Notes: a model not told the origin generated them from the letters alone. 64,000 nt of DNA from Alphaproteobacteria bacterium (GCA_964291675.2 OZ219866.1:3296001-3360000); one strand, 5' to 3'. Counted from the stretch's first letter, positions 8,825 through 18,343 are shown. Made by a program: numbers and translations.

Positions 8825-9780
8825 CGCGCGCCGGCGCCGAGCCCCGCGGCGAAGGCAAGCGTCTCCTCGGCCAGCGCCCGCGAATCGGATTCGTCGCGCA
8901 TCACCGTCTCTGTGACACAAACCGCCATGCCGAGCTCGCTTATGGCCGGGGCGAGGGCGGCGTCCAGCTCGTCGATCACCATGCCGTCGATCCGCGCGCC
9001 GTAATGCCGGGCGATGCCGAGCGCGTCGGTCTCGGCGCCGAGCTCCGCCATCATCTTGGCCGCCGGCCCCTTGATCGCCCGCCCGCCGACGATGGGCGAG
9101 ACGGCCACCACCGGGACATTCCGCGCGTCGAGAAAGGCGGCGACATCCGCCATGCCGACGATCGGCGCGACGCTGACATAGGGGTTGGAGGGGCAGATGA
9201 CGACCGCTTGGAGCGCCTTGTCGGCGAGGGCGGCGGCGAAGCCGGGGGAGGGGCCGGCCGCCTCGATCCCGTCGAAGCGGAAGCCCGAGACCCGGGGCTC
9301 GCATTGCCGGCGGACGAAATAGTCCTGGAAGGGGAGGGCGCCCTCGTCGGTCTCGACGACGGTGCGGACGGGCGCATCGCTCATCGGCACGATGCGGTGT
9401 CCGATGCCGAGCGCCGCCGAGAGCGCCGCCGTCGCCTGCGACAGGGTCTTGCCCGCCTCCAGCATGCGGCGGCGCTCGACATGGGTGGCGAGGTCCTTGT
9501 CGCCCAGCCTGAACCAGGTCTCGCCGCCGAGCTCGGCCAGCGCCGCCATGAACGACCAGGTCTCGCCGGCGACGCCCCACCCGGTCTCCTCGTTGGCGCG
9601 CCCGGCGAGCGTGTACATCACCGTGTCGAGGTCGGGCGAGACCGGCAGCCCGAGATGCTCGAAATCGTCGCCGGTGTTGACGACCACGGTCAGGCGTTCC
9701 GGGTCGAGCGCGCCGGCGAGGCCGCGCGCCAGCCTGGCACCGCCGACGCCGCCCGCGAGCGCGAGAACATGCCCGGCCAT
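8821..9780 (-). CDS. cofD: 2-phospho-L-lactate transferase CofD (FbiA)
   Basis: LAGGVGGARL, VNTGDD, SPDLDTVMYTLAG, WFRLGDKDLATH, ICPSNPYVS, KGPAAKMM. Confidence 0.96.
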   Translation of the reverse strand: MAGHVLALAGGVGGARLARGLAGALDPERLTVVVNTGDDFEHLGLPVSPDLDTVMYTLAGRANEETGWGVAGETWSFMAALAELGGETWFRLGDKDLATHVERRRMLEAGKTLSQATAALSAALGIGHRIVPMSDAPVRTVVETDEGALPFQDYFVRRQCEPRVSGFRFDGIEAAGPSPGFAAALADKALQAVVICPSNPYVSVAPIVGMADVAAFLDARNVPVVAVSPIVGGRAIKGPAAKMMAELGAETDALGIARHYGARIDGMVIDELDAALAPAISELGMAVCVTETVMRDESDSRALAEETLAFAAGLGAGAR

Positions 9781-9782
9781 GG

Positions 9783-10556
9783 TCAGCAGAACAGGTCGAA
9801 TTCGCGCGGCCGGATCAGGTCGGCGGCGCGCGCCTCCCCGGACTCCGCCGCGAGCCCGCGCACAAGCGCGATCGGCCGCCTCTCGTCCGCCTCGCCCATG
9901 GCGAGCGCCGCCGCCGCGGCGATCTGGTCGGCGAGCCCCACCTCGCTCACCTGCAACGGCCGGCCGAACATGTCCGGCCTGCCGCGCAGATCGGCGAGCG
10001 TCGTCACCCCGGCGGCGCCGAGCGCGGTCGCCGCGGTGCCGAGCCGCCAGGCGCGCCCCAGGCTGTCGGCGACGATCACCCCGGGGGCGATTCCGGTGCG
10101 CCGTTCGATCCCGGCGCGGATCGCCGCCGCGCTGCCGTCCGGGTCCTCGGGCAGCAACAGCACCCTCCTGTCGCCGCCCTCCTCCACGTTGGACGCGTCG
10201 ATCCCCGCATTCGCCAGCACATAGCCGAGCCGGTGGCGCACCACGATCAGCCCGGGGCGCGCCCGCATCACCCGCTCCGACTCGGCCAGGATCAGCTCGA
10301 TCACCCGCGCGTCCTTGCCGGTTTCGCGGGCGAGCCGTTCGGCCTCCGGGGAAGGGGAGACGCCGTCAAGGTCCACCCGCCGCCCCTCCGCCTTGGAGAC
10401 GATTTTTTGGGCGATCGCCAGGATGTCGCCCGCCGCCGGGGCGAGGCCCGAGGCCCGGTAGGCATCGAGCACCACGCCGCAAAGGTCGTCGCCGGCCGCG
10501 ATGTCCGGCACGCCATCCAGCGCGACGATTTCGAGCCGGGGCGCGCTCGCGGTCAA
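9783..10556 (-). CDS. cofE: Coenzyme F420-0:L-glutamate ligase CofE (single domain)
   Basis: AQKIVSKAEGR, ANAGIDASN, LLLPEDPDGSA, DSLGRAWRLG; probable TTG start overlapping the npdG stop. Confidence 0.94.
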   Translation of the reverse strand: MTASAPRLEIVALDGVPDIAAGDDLCGVVLDAYRASGLAPAAGDILAIAQKIVSKAEGRRVDLDGVSPSPEAERLARETGKDARVIELILAESERVMRARPGLIVVRHRLGYVLANAGIDASNVEEGGDRRVLLLPEDPDGSAAAIRAGIERRTGIAPGVIVADSLGRAWRLGTAATALGAAGVTTLADLRGRPDMFGRPLQVSEVGLADQIAAAAALAMGEADERRPIALVRGLAAESGEARAADLIRPREFDLFC

Positions 10557-11218
10557 TCCGACTCCCCGGGCAGCCCGGTGATGCGGATGCCGGAGCCGGG
10601 CGATTCGTAGCGCCGGTTGATCCAGATCAGCACCGAGGTCAGCGCCTCGGCGGCGACGGCGTTGTCGAGCGGCCCGGCCTCGATGCCGCGCAGGCCCGCC
10701 GCCTCGATCAGCGCCACGGCTTCGGCGCGCGCCTCCCTCGAGTCGCCGCAGACCAGCACGTCGCACTCCATCTCGTGACCGGGATCGGCGAGGTGGTCGG
10801 CGGCGACGTTCTGGAACGCCGACACCACGCGGGTCTCATCGCCGAGAATGCCTTGCGCGATGGCCGCCGCCGAGCCCTCCGGCGGGAGCTGCACCCGGGC
10901 GACCCGGGGCGGCACCAGCGGCACCGTCACGTCGATCACGATCTTGCCGCGCGCGGCATCGGCGATGTCGCTCATGGTCCGGCGCTGGGCGGCGAAGGGA
11001 ACGGTGACGACGACGATATCCGCTTCCGCCGCGGCATCGGTATTGGCCGCCCCCTCGACCGCGCCGTGTTCGGAGAGCGCCGCCGCGCTGGCCGCGGCGC
11101 GCTCGGCCGAGCGCGAGCCGACGATCACCCGGTAGCCGGCGCGCGCCCAGCGCACCGCGAGCCCGGTGCCCTCGGCCCCGGTGCCGCCGACGATGGCGAT
11201 GACGGGAAGTGCGCTCAC
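10553..11218 (-). CDS. npdG: NADPH-dependent F420 reductase (Fno)
   Basis: IAIVGGTGAEGTGLAVRWARAG..GSRSAERA, IDVTVPL, VVSAFQNVAA; GTG start overlaps the fbiC stop. Confidence 0.94.
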   Translation of the reverse strand: MSALPVIAIVGGTGAEGTGLAVRWARAGYRVIVGSRSAERAAASAAALSEHGAVEGAANTDAAAEADIVVVTVPFAAQRRTMSDIADAARGKIVIDVTVPLVPPRVARVQLPPEGSAAAIAQGILGDETRVVSAFQNVAADHLADPGHEMECDVLVCGDSREARAEAVALIEAAGLRGIEAGPLDNAVAAEALTSVLIWINRRYESPGSGIRITGLPGESD

Positions 11219-13557
11219 CGCGCGGCCGCGACGGGTTCGAGCGGCGCCGCGCCGCGCCCGGCGGCGATGCGCGCCGCGTCGACCGGGCCGTAGGTCGTCG
11301 AGCGCTGGCGCGGCAGGCGCCCGGCGCCCGCGATCAGCGCGTCCATCTCGTCGGGCGGCAGCTCCTGGCCGTGCGCCGTGCCCGCGGCGCGCGAGATGCT
11401 CTCGTTCATCAGCGTGCCGCCCAGATCGTTGACCCCGGCATCGAGGCAAGAGGCCGCGCCCTCGCGCCCCATCTTCACCCAGGACACCTGGATGTTGGGG
11501 ATCGACGGGTTGAGCGCGAGCCGGGCCACGGCGTGCATCAGCACGGCCTCGCGCCAGGTCGGGCCCTTGCGCGCCTTGCCGCGGAGATAGATCGGCGCCT
11601 CCATGTGGACGAAGGGGAGCGGCACGAACTCGGTGAACCCGCCGGTGTCGGCCTGCAGGTCGCGCACCGCGTTGAGGTGCCGCGCCCAGGACGCCGGCCC
11701 CTCGACGCTGCCGAACATGACGGTCGCGGTGGTCCTGAGTCCCAGCCGGTGCGCGGTGCGGATCACCGACAGCCACTCGTCGACCGTCACCTTGTCGGGG
11801 CAGAGGATTTGGCGGATCGGGGGATCGAGGATTTCCGCCGCGGTACCGGGCAGCGAGCCGAGCCCGGCATCGATCAGCCGTTCCAGGAAGGCGTCCACCG
11901 GCAGCCCCAGCGTCGCCGCGCCCTGGCTGATCTCGAGCGGCGAGAAGGCGTGGACGTGCATCTCGGGCGCCACGCGCTTCACCGCGCGGGCGATCGCGAC
12001 ATAGGTCTCGCCGGTGTAGTCGGGATGGATGCCGCCTTGCAGACAGACTTCCGTCGCGCCGCGCACCCACGCTTCGGCGACGCGCCGCTCGATCTCCTCG
12101 AGGTCGAGGTCGTAGGGGGTGCCGCGCAGCCCGGCGCTGGAGCGCCCCTTGGAGAAGGCGCAGAACCGGCAGGCATAGGTGCAGATGTTGGTGTAGTTGA
12201 TGTTGCGGTTGACGACATAGGTCACGACATCGCCGGACACCTCGCGCCTGATCGCATCCGCCGCCGCGACCACGGCATCGAACCGCCCGGCCCGCGCGCC
12301 GAACAAATGCACGATCTCCCCAATCTCCAGCCGCATGCCCGCGGCGGCGCGGTCGATTATGGGTGCGAGGTCGTCGGTGCGGATCGCGGGAGCCCGGACT
12401 GCGCGGTCCGCCGGCGGGCCTTCGGCGACCCCGGGAGCCCAGAAATCGGGCCTGGCGAACCCCTCCGAATCGATCGTGCGGCGCACCGCGGGCGCGAGCG
12501 CGGGATCGACCCAGCGTTCCGCGTCCAGCGCATAGGCCGGGTAGACCGCCAGACGCTCGACCAGCAGCTTGCCGGCGGCGGCGCTCTGCCGCGCGAGCGC
12601 GTCGATCTCCGGCCACGGCGCCTCCGGGTTGACGTGGTCCGGGGTGACCGGCGAGACCCCGCCCCAGTCGTTGAGCCCGGCGGCGATCAGATCGGGCCAG
12701 GTCCCGGCGCTCAGATTGGGCGGCGCCTGGATGCTCATCGCCGGGCCGAGCACGTGGCGCGCGGCGGCGACCGTCCAGGCGAGCTCTTCCGGCGCCGGCT
12801 CGGGCGCGCCCGCCATGCGGGTGCCCGGCTTGGCGCGGAAGTTCTGCACGATGACTTCCTGGATGTGGCCGTGCGCGCGATGCAGCTCGGCGATGGCGAA
12901 CAGGTCGTCGAGCCGTTCCGCCCGGGTCTCGCCGATGCCGATCAGGATGCCGGTGGTGAAGGGGACGGCGAGCTCGCCGGCCTCGCGGAGGGTGGCGAGC
13001 CGGGGGCCGGGCCGCTTGTCGGGCGAGCCGAAATGCGGGAAGCCGCGCCGCGCCAGCCTCTCCGACAGGCTTTCGAGCATGATCCCCTGCGACACCGAGA
13101 CCTCGCGGAGCGCGGCGATATCGGCGCGGCCCAGCACCCCCGGGTTGACATGCGGCAAGAGCCCGGTCTCCTCGAACACCAGCCGCGCCGCGTGGACCAG
13201 GTATTCGATCGTCGTCCCGAAGCCCAGCGCGGCCAGCGCCTCGCGCGCCGCGCGGTAGCGCAATTCGGGCTTGTCGCCGAGGGTGAACAGCGCCTCCTTG
13301 CAGCCGGCCTTCCGCCCCGCCTCGGCGATCGCCAGCACCTCCTCCGGCGACAGATAGGCGGCGACGCCGCGCCGCGGCGGCGCTGCGAAGGTGCAGTAAT
13401 GGCAGACGTCGCGGCAGAGCCGGGTCAGCGGCACGAACACCTTGCGCGAATACGACACCGTATGCCCGAACCCGGCATCGCGCAGCCGCACCGCCTCCGC
13501 CGCCAGCTCGTCATACGGGGCGGCGAGCAGGTGGCGGCGGAGGTCCTCGCGGTTCAT
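11215..13557 (-). CDS. fbiC: Bifunctional FO synthase (CofG-CofH fusion)
   Basis: Two radical-SAM motifs, CRDVCHYC and CTYACRFC; PFTTGILIGIGE; SLPGTAAEIL; DLGGTLMNESISRAAG; ATG at 13557. Confidence 0.96.
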   Translation of the reverse strand: MNREDLRRHLLAAPYDELAAEAVRLRDAGFGHTVSYSRKVFVPLTRLCRDVCHYCTFAAPPRRGVAAYLSPEEVLAIAEAGRKAGCKEALFTLGDKPELRYRAAREALAALGFGTTIEYLVHAARLVFEETGLLPHVNPGVLGRADIAALREVSVSQGIMLESLSERLARRGFPHFGSPDKRPGPRLATLREAGELAVPFTTGILIGIGETRAERLDDLFAIAELHRAHGHIQEVIVQNFRAKPGTRMAGAPEPAPEELAWTVAAARHVLGPAMSIQAPPNLSAGTWPDLIAAGLNDWGGVSPVTPDHVNPEAPWPEIDALARQSAAAGKLLVERLAVYPAYALDAERWVDPALAPAVRRTIDSEGFARPDFWAPGVAEGPPADRAVRAPAIRTDDLAPIIDRAAAGMRLEIGEIVHLFGARAGRFDAVVAAADAIRREVSGDVVTYVVNRNINYTNICTYACRFCAFSKGRSSAGLRGTPYDLDLEEIERRVAEAWVRGATEVCLQGGIHPDYTGETYVAIARAVKRVAPEMHVHAFSPLEISQGAATLGLPVDAFLERLIDAGLGSLPGTAAEILDPPIRQILCPDKVTVDEWLSVIRTAHRLGLRTTATVMFGSVEGPASWARHLNAVRDLQADTGGFTEFVPLPFVHMEAPIYLRGKARKGPTWREAVLMHAVARLALNPSIPNIQVSWVKMGREGAASCLDAGVNDLGGTLMNESISRAAGTAHGQELPPDEMDALIAGAGRLPRQRSTTYGPVDAARIAAGRGAAPLEPVAAAR

Positions 13558-15239
13558 TGCGCCGCCTCGCCGGCCGCCTCGCCCGCCGCGGCGTTCGCCG
13601 CGATCGCCTTCAGCGACTCCTTGTCGATCTTGCGCGACGGGCCGAGCGGCATCTCCGCCACCAGCTCCAGCCGTTCCGGCAGCTTGTACTTGGCGATGCC
13701 CCGCTCCAGCAGCCAGGCGCAGAGCCCGTCCAGCGTCACCGCGCCGTCGTTGCGGGCGACGGCGAAGGCGCAGCCGATCTCGCCGAGCCGCGCATGCGGC
13801 GCCGGCACGACCGCCGCCTGGTCGATCTCCGGATGGTCGAGCAGCAGCTCCTCGACCTCGCGCGTCGAGTACTTGACCCCGCCCCGGTTGACCGTGTCCT
13901 TGATGCGGCCCTTGAGCACCACATTGCCGTGAACGTCGACGGTCGCGAGGTCGCCGGTGCGGAACCAGCGGTCGTGGGTGAACGCCTCGGCGTTCGACCC
14001 GGGGTCGCGGAAATAGCCCGGAAAGACCGAGGCGCCGCGCACCTGAAGCTCGCCCTCGGCGCCTTGCGGCAACGCTTCGCCGTCCCCGGACGCGATGCGG
14101 ATCTCGGTGCCGGGGCTCGGCCGCCCGCAGGTCTCGGCCGCGAAGTCCACCGGATCGTCGGGGCGGGTATAGAGCCCGGCCTGCATCTCGGTCATGCCCC
14201 AGAGCTGGACCACCCGCCCGTTCGGCAGCCTGGCGTCGAGCGCGCGCACCAGCTCGCCCGATACCGCCGCGCCGGCGATCGACAGCAGCCGCACCGAGGA
14301 CCAGTCGCGCCCGTCCATCAGCCCTTCGGCGAGGCAGGGCAGCACATGGGCGGGGACGGCGAAGATCACCGTCGGCCGCGCGGTCTCCACCAGGTCGACG
14401 AAGGCCGCCTTGTCGTAGGTCGGCAGGATCACCTGGGCCGCCCCCGTCAGCAGCGAGAAATGCGGGGCGTGCAGCGAATAGAGATGGGCGAACGGCCCGG
14501 CCGCCATGATCCGGTCTTCCGCGGCGATGCCGAACACGCCGGCGCTGCCGCGCGCGTTGGTCAGCAGATTGTTGTGGCTGAGCGGCACCGCCTTGGGCCG
14601 GCTGGTCGAGCCCGAGGTGTAGAGCATGATGAACGGCCCGGACGCATCCGCCCGCTCGGCGACCGGCCGGGGCTCGTCCTCGAGCGATTCGAGCGCGATC
14701 GTCCCCGCCGGCCCGCCGCCCGCGACGATGACGTGTTCCAGCGCCGGCAGGCGCCGTTTCAGCCGCAGCATGGTCTCGGCGATGGCGAAATCGCCCATCG
14801 CCCTTTCGCAGACGATCGCCGCCGCCTCGCCGAAGCCGAGCGCGCGCTCGCACTCGGCCTCGCGGAAGGTGAGATGGATGCCGGTCATCGCCGCGCCGAT
14901 GCGCACCAGGGCGGCGTGGATCGCGACCCACCAAGGACCGTTGCGGAGCTGCACGCCGACCACGTCGCCCCTGCCGATGCCGAGCCGGCGGAACCCGGCG
15001 GCGAGGCGGTCGCTCATCGCCGCGAGCTCGGCGAAGGTGAGGGTTCCCCCGGCGGTAACGATGGCGGTCGCCTCCGGCGTCGCCGCGACAATGCGGTCGA
15101 GCCAGTCGGTCAGCAGCTCGTCGCGCCACAGCCCCTCGCGGCGATAGCGCGCCGCAAGCCCCCGATCGTACGCCATCGCCGCGGCCAGCCGCGCGCGGGC
15201 TTCGCTCCGTCGGTCGGATCTCTGCGGCGCTTCGGACAT
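13554..15239 (-). CDS. AMP-binding acyl/aryl-CoA ligase (cyclohexanecarboxylate-CoA ligase-like)
   Basis: YTSGSTSRPK, WGMTE, FRTGDL, GRIKD..NRGGVK, KYKLPERL; stop overlaps the fbiC start. Confidence 0.9.
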   Translation of the reverse strand: MSEAPQRSDRRSEARARLAAAMAYDRGLAARYRREGLWRDELLTDWLDRIVAATPEATAIVTAGGTLTFAELAAMSDRLAAGFRRLGIGRGDVVGVQLRNGPWWVAIHAALVRIGAAMTGIHLTFREAECERALGFGEAAAIVCERAMGDFAIAETMLRLKRRLPALEHVIVAGGGPAGTIALESLEDEPRPVAERADASGPFIMLYTSGSTSRPKAVPLSHNNLLTNARGSAGVFGIAAEDRIMAAGPFAHLYSLHAPHFSLLTGAAQVILPTYDKAAFVDLVETARPTVIFAVPAHVLPCLAEGLMDGRDWSSVRLLSIAGAAVSGELVRALDARLPNGRVVQLWGMTEMQAGLYTRPDDPVDFAAETCGRPSPGTEIRIASGDGEALPQGAEGELQVRGASVFPGYFRDPGSNAEAFTHDRWFRTGDLATVDVHGNVVLKGRIKDTVNRGGVKYSTREVEELLLDHPEIDQAAVVPAPHARLGEIGCAFAVARNDGAVTLDGLCAWLLERGIAKYKLPERLELVAEMPLGPSRKIDKESLKAIAANAAAGEAAGEAAQ

Positions 15240-15284
15240 CGGCCGCGAATGTAGCCAAACCGGCGGCCGACCGCCACAGTGCGT

Positions 15285-15386
15285 CCTTCGATACGGGGCT
15301 TCGCGCCTACTCAGGATGAGGAATCCTGCATGTGGCATACCAGCACCTCATCCTGAGTAGCCCGCCGCAGGCGGGCGTATCGAAGG
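15285..15386. repeat. Intergenic palindromic repeat family A (inverted pair)
   Basis: ccttcgatacg...ctactcaggatgagg followed by cctcatcctgagtag...cgtatcgaagg; related copies near 48533, 56950-57145 and 58759-58872. Confidence 0.85.
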
Positions 15387-15427
15387 CCGCCCTTGCCCGC
15401 GCCCGTCCGCGCCCGCAAGATCGACCG

Positions 15428-16528
15428 ATGGGCATCCGGTCGGTCGCGGTGATGGGGGCGGGGCATGGCGGCCATGCGGCGGCCGCGGATCTCGCGCGCC
15501 GCGGCTTCGAGGTCCGGCTGCATGCGAGGCGCGAGGATTCGCTTCAGCCGATCCGCGACAATGGCGGGATCGATGCGCGCGGCGTGTTCGAGGGTCGCGC
15601 GATGCCGGCGCTCTTGACCACCGACGTGGCCGAGGCGGTCGATGGCGCCGACCTGGTCATGCTCGTGGTGCCCTCGGTCGCGCATGCCTACTACGCCGAG
15701 CGCCTTGCCGGGATGCTGGAAGAAGGGGTTCCCGTCTTCCTCGACCCCGGCCATACCGGTGGCGGGCTCCACTTCCGCGCCGAGATGCGCCGCGCCGGGC
15801 ACGCCGCCCCGATCGAGACCTGCGAGACGGTGACGCTCACCTTCATCAGCCGGATCGAGGCGCCAGCCACCGTCGGCATCTACAGCTACACGAAATCGCT
15901 GATGTTCGCGGCGCTGCCCGGCACCGCGACGGCACGGCTGCACGAGGCGGTCTCGCCGCTGTTCCCCGAAATCCGCCCCGCCTCCAGCGTGCTGGAGACC
16001 GGGCTTGCCAATATCAACGCCGTCTTCCATCCGCCCGGCATGCTGCTGAATGCCGGGTGGATCGAATCGACCGGCGGCGACTTCCTGTTCTACCGCGAGG
16101 GGGTGACCGATGCGGTCGGCAGGGTGACGGCGGAGATCGACGCCGAACGACTCGCCGTCGCGCGCGCGCTCGACGTGCCGGCGACCCCCTTCCTCGAAAT
16201 CTTCCGCAATGCCGGGCTGACCACGCGGGAGGCGATGGAGAGCGGCTCGATCTCGCGCGCCTGCCGGGAGAGCGCGCCCAACGCGACGCTCAGGAGCCCG
16301 CCCTCGCTCGACCACCGCTACGTGCACGAGGACGTGGGCTACGGGCTGGTTCCGTTTGCCGCCTTCGGCCGGCTGGCGGGCGTGCCGACGCCGACCATCG
16401 ACGCCCATGTCGCGCTGCTCTCGGCGACGACCGGAATCGACTACGCCAGCGAGGGACTCACCCTCGAACGCATGGGGATCGCCGGCCTCGATGCGGCGGC
16501 GCTGCATCGCCTGGTGCAGCAGGGATGA
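15428..16528 (+). CDS. NAD/NADP-dependent opine (octopine/nopaline) dehydrogenase family protein
   Basis: VAVMGAGHGGHAAAADL, LANINAVFHPP, FLFYREG, HRYVHEDVGYGL. Confidence 0.9.
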   Translation: MGIRSVAVMGAGHGGHAAAADLARRGFEVRLHARREDSLQPIRDNGGIDARGVFEGRAMPALLTTDVAEAVDGADLVMLVVPSVAHAYYAERLAGMLEEGVPVFLDPGHTGGGLHFRAEMRRAGHAAPIETCETVTLTFISRIEAPATVGIYSYTKSLMFAALPGTATARLHEAVSPLFPEIRPASSVLETGLANINAVFHPPGMLLNAGWIESTGGDFLFYREGVTDAVGRVTAEIDAERLAVARALDVPATPFLEIFRNAGLTTREAMESGSISRACRESAPNATLRSPPSLDHRYVHEDVGYGLVPFAAFGRLAGVPTPTIDAHVALLSATTGIDYASEGLTLERMGIAGLDAAALHRLVQQG

Positions 16529-17511
16529 GCGGCTTCGGGGTGAGCTTCGACGGCTTCGCGAGCTTCGCAGATGCGCTCGCGCTCGCCCGCCGCGCCGAGG
16601 CGGCGGGCGCGGACGGGCTGTGGATGGCCGAGCATCTGGGCTACCGCCAGTCCCTGGTCTCCTGCACCGCCTTCGCGCTCCGCACCGCGCGCGCCACCGT
16701 GGTGCCGACCGCGATCAGCCCCTATCTCTGGTCGCCGGTCTCGGTGGCGATGGCGATGGCGACCATCGCCGAGGCGGCGCCCGGACGTGCCGCGCTCGCG
16801 CTCGGCTCGGGCAACCCGATGTTCCTCGCCGAGGCGGGCGCGAAGCTGGAGAAGCCGCTCGCGGCCATGCGCGAGTTCATCGCCTGTCTGCGCCAGCTCT
16901 GGTCCGGCGAGAAGGGCGCCTTCGAGGGCGAGATGTTCCGCCTCGACGGCATGCGCATGGCCTTCCTGCCGCCTGAGCCGATCCCGCTCTACCTCGCCGC
17001 GATGGGACCCAGGATGCTGCGGCTCGCCGGCGAGCTCGCCGACGGGGTGGTGCTGTCGGCCGGGCTCACGGCCGGGTATTGCGCCCAATCCCTCGCCACG
17101 GTCGAAGCCGGCGCGAAAGAGGCGGGCCGCGACCCGGCGGCGCTCAGGCGCGCGGCCTATGTCTACATCGCCGTCGATCCCGACCGGGCGGCGGCGGTCG
17201 AGCGTCTGCGGCCCAAAATCGCCTTCATGATGCGCAACGATTTCGTCGCCCCGAGCGTCGCCGGATCCGGCATCGCCGTCGACCGGGATGCGGTCAAGGA
17301 CGCGATCGCGCGGCGCGACATGGACGCGGCCGCGGCGCTGATCCCCGACGAGGCGGTCGAGGCGTTCGCCGTCTGCGGCACGGCCGACGACTGCGCGGCG
17401 CGCATCGCCCAGTACCGCGCCACCGGGATCGAGGAGATCGTGCTGCTGATCGCAGGCGACGCGGCGGGCGAGACGGCCGCGCTCGAGCTGATCGGCGCGC
17501 TCGGTGCATAG
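16525..17511 (+). CDS. LLM-class oxidoreductase (Mer-like, probably F420-dependent)
   Basis: WMAEHLGYR, ALALGSG, PIPLYLAAMGPRMLRLAGELADGVVL; ATGA overlap with the upstream gene; next to the F420 cluster. Confidence 0.88.
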   Translation: MSGFGVSFDGFASFADALALARRAEAAGADGLWMAEHLGYRQSLVSCTAFALRTARATVVPTAISPYLWSPVSVAMAMATIAEAAPGRAALALGSGNPMFLAEAGAKLEKPLAAMREFIACLRQLWSGEKGAFEGEMFRLDGMRMAFLPPEPIPLYLAAMGPRMLRLAGELADGVVLSAGLTAGYCAQSLATVEAGAKEAGRDPAALRRAAYVYIAVDPDRAAAVERLRPKIAFMMRNDFVAPSVAGSGIAVDRDAVKDAIARRDMDAAAALIPDEAVEAFAVCGTADDCAARIAQYRATGIEEIVLLIAGDAAGETAALELIGALGA

Positions 17512-17530
17512 CCGCGATCTGTGAAGGGCG

Positions 17531-18181
17531 TCAATCGGCGCTTGCGGGCCTGACAAAACGGAAATCCTCGCGCAAGCGAGCAATGTCAACGCTTCCCCAG
17601 CATCGGGCGGTGAGTTGCGCGCCCTTTGGAGGGAACGCCCCGTGGATCACCTTGATGCCTCTGGTTTCGAGGAATTCGGCCACCGGTACAAAATCCCGGT
17701 CGGACGACACCAGAACGGCGATGTCATAGTTGTCGACCCAGGCAAGACTGATCATGTCGGTTGCCATGCGGACATCGACGCCTTTTTCCTCGGTCCCCCG
17801 CATATCCGACCCACAGGCAGGGCATTGGCCCACCGCCGCATGGCAGGCAGGGCAAGCCGGTGGCGACCGCTTCCGCTGGCGCGGAACGATCGATACGCTC
17901 ACGCCGGGAAACGTGTTCACTACTGTTGTCGCCCACCGGCGAAGTTTCCGATCCGCTCCGCTGACCGGATCGTATGAGCCATAGAAGTTGAGGCCTTGGT
18001 ACTCGCCCGTCGCGGCGGTATCGACAACTGACGTCGCCGCTCTCGACAACGCCTGACCCAGCCTTGTCCAGTCGGTGCGGAACGCCGCATCGGCATCTCG
18101 CATCGAAAGCGTGTAGTTCCAGAAATCGACGAACACCCGGACCCAGTGGCGTGGACTACGGATCGGATCGTCACCGGTCAT
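17531..18181 (-). CDS. NYN-domain (PIN-like) ribonuclease with inserted Zn-ribbon
   Basis: VFVDFWN, EEKGVDVRMATDMI, DIAVLVSSDRDFVP acidic catalytic motifs; CPAC...CPACG insert; lower GC than the flanks; alternative GTG start at 18193. Confidence 0.9.
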   Translation of the reverse strand: MTGDDPIRSPRHWVRVFVDFWNYTLSMRDADAAFRTDWTRLGQALSRAATSVVDTAATGEYQGLNFYGSYDPVSGADRKLRRWATTVVNTFPGVSVSIVPRQRKRSPPACPACHAAVGQCPACGSDMRGTEEKGVDVRMATDMISLAWVDNYDIAVLVSSDRDFVPVAEFLETRGIKVIHGAFPPKGAQLTARCWGSVDIARLREDFRFVRPASAD

Positions 18182-18188
18182 GGCAGTC

Positions 18189-18289
18189 GGCACAAGATAT
18201 ACAGGGACGCGCGAGGCGTCCCTGGGGTCAGGATGATCGGACCCCGTATCTCCCTGTCTGGGCGGTAGTCCGATGGGTCATCTTGCACC
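18189..18289 (-). ncRNA. Putative structured leader/ncRNA upstream of the NYN gene
   Basis: 10-bp closing stem GGUGCAAGAU/AUCUUGUGCC (two G-U pairs); 9-bp hairpin 18202-18224; 6-bp hairpin 18224-18245; extra complementary pairs 18236-18242/18268-18274 and 18201-18207/18251-18257. Confidence 0.5.
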
Positions 18290-18291
18290 GC

Positions 18292-18320
18292 AATGTATAC
18301 CCCTGCAGCGGGAATTGCAA
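18292..18320 (-). promoter_or_regulatory. Putative sigma70 promoter of the leader/NYN transcript
   Basis: Minus strand TTGCAA-17 nt-TACATT; the predicted +1 (~18286) falls in the 5' arm of the closing stem. Confidence 0.5.
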
Positions 18321-18343
18321 TCCGCTCCGCGAGCCCGCCGCGC

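Noticed and set aside
18189-18289. tRNA or known riboswitch
   Set aside because: No T-loop/D-loop consensus or CCA end, and no riboswitch consensus I recognise; kept as an unknown structured RNA candidate.
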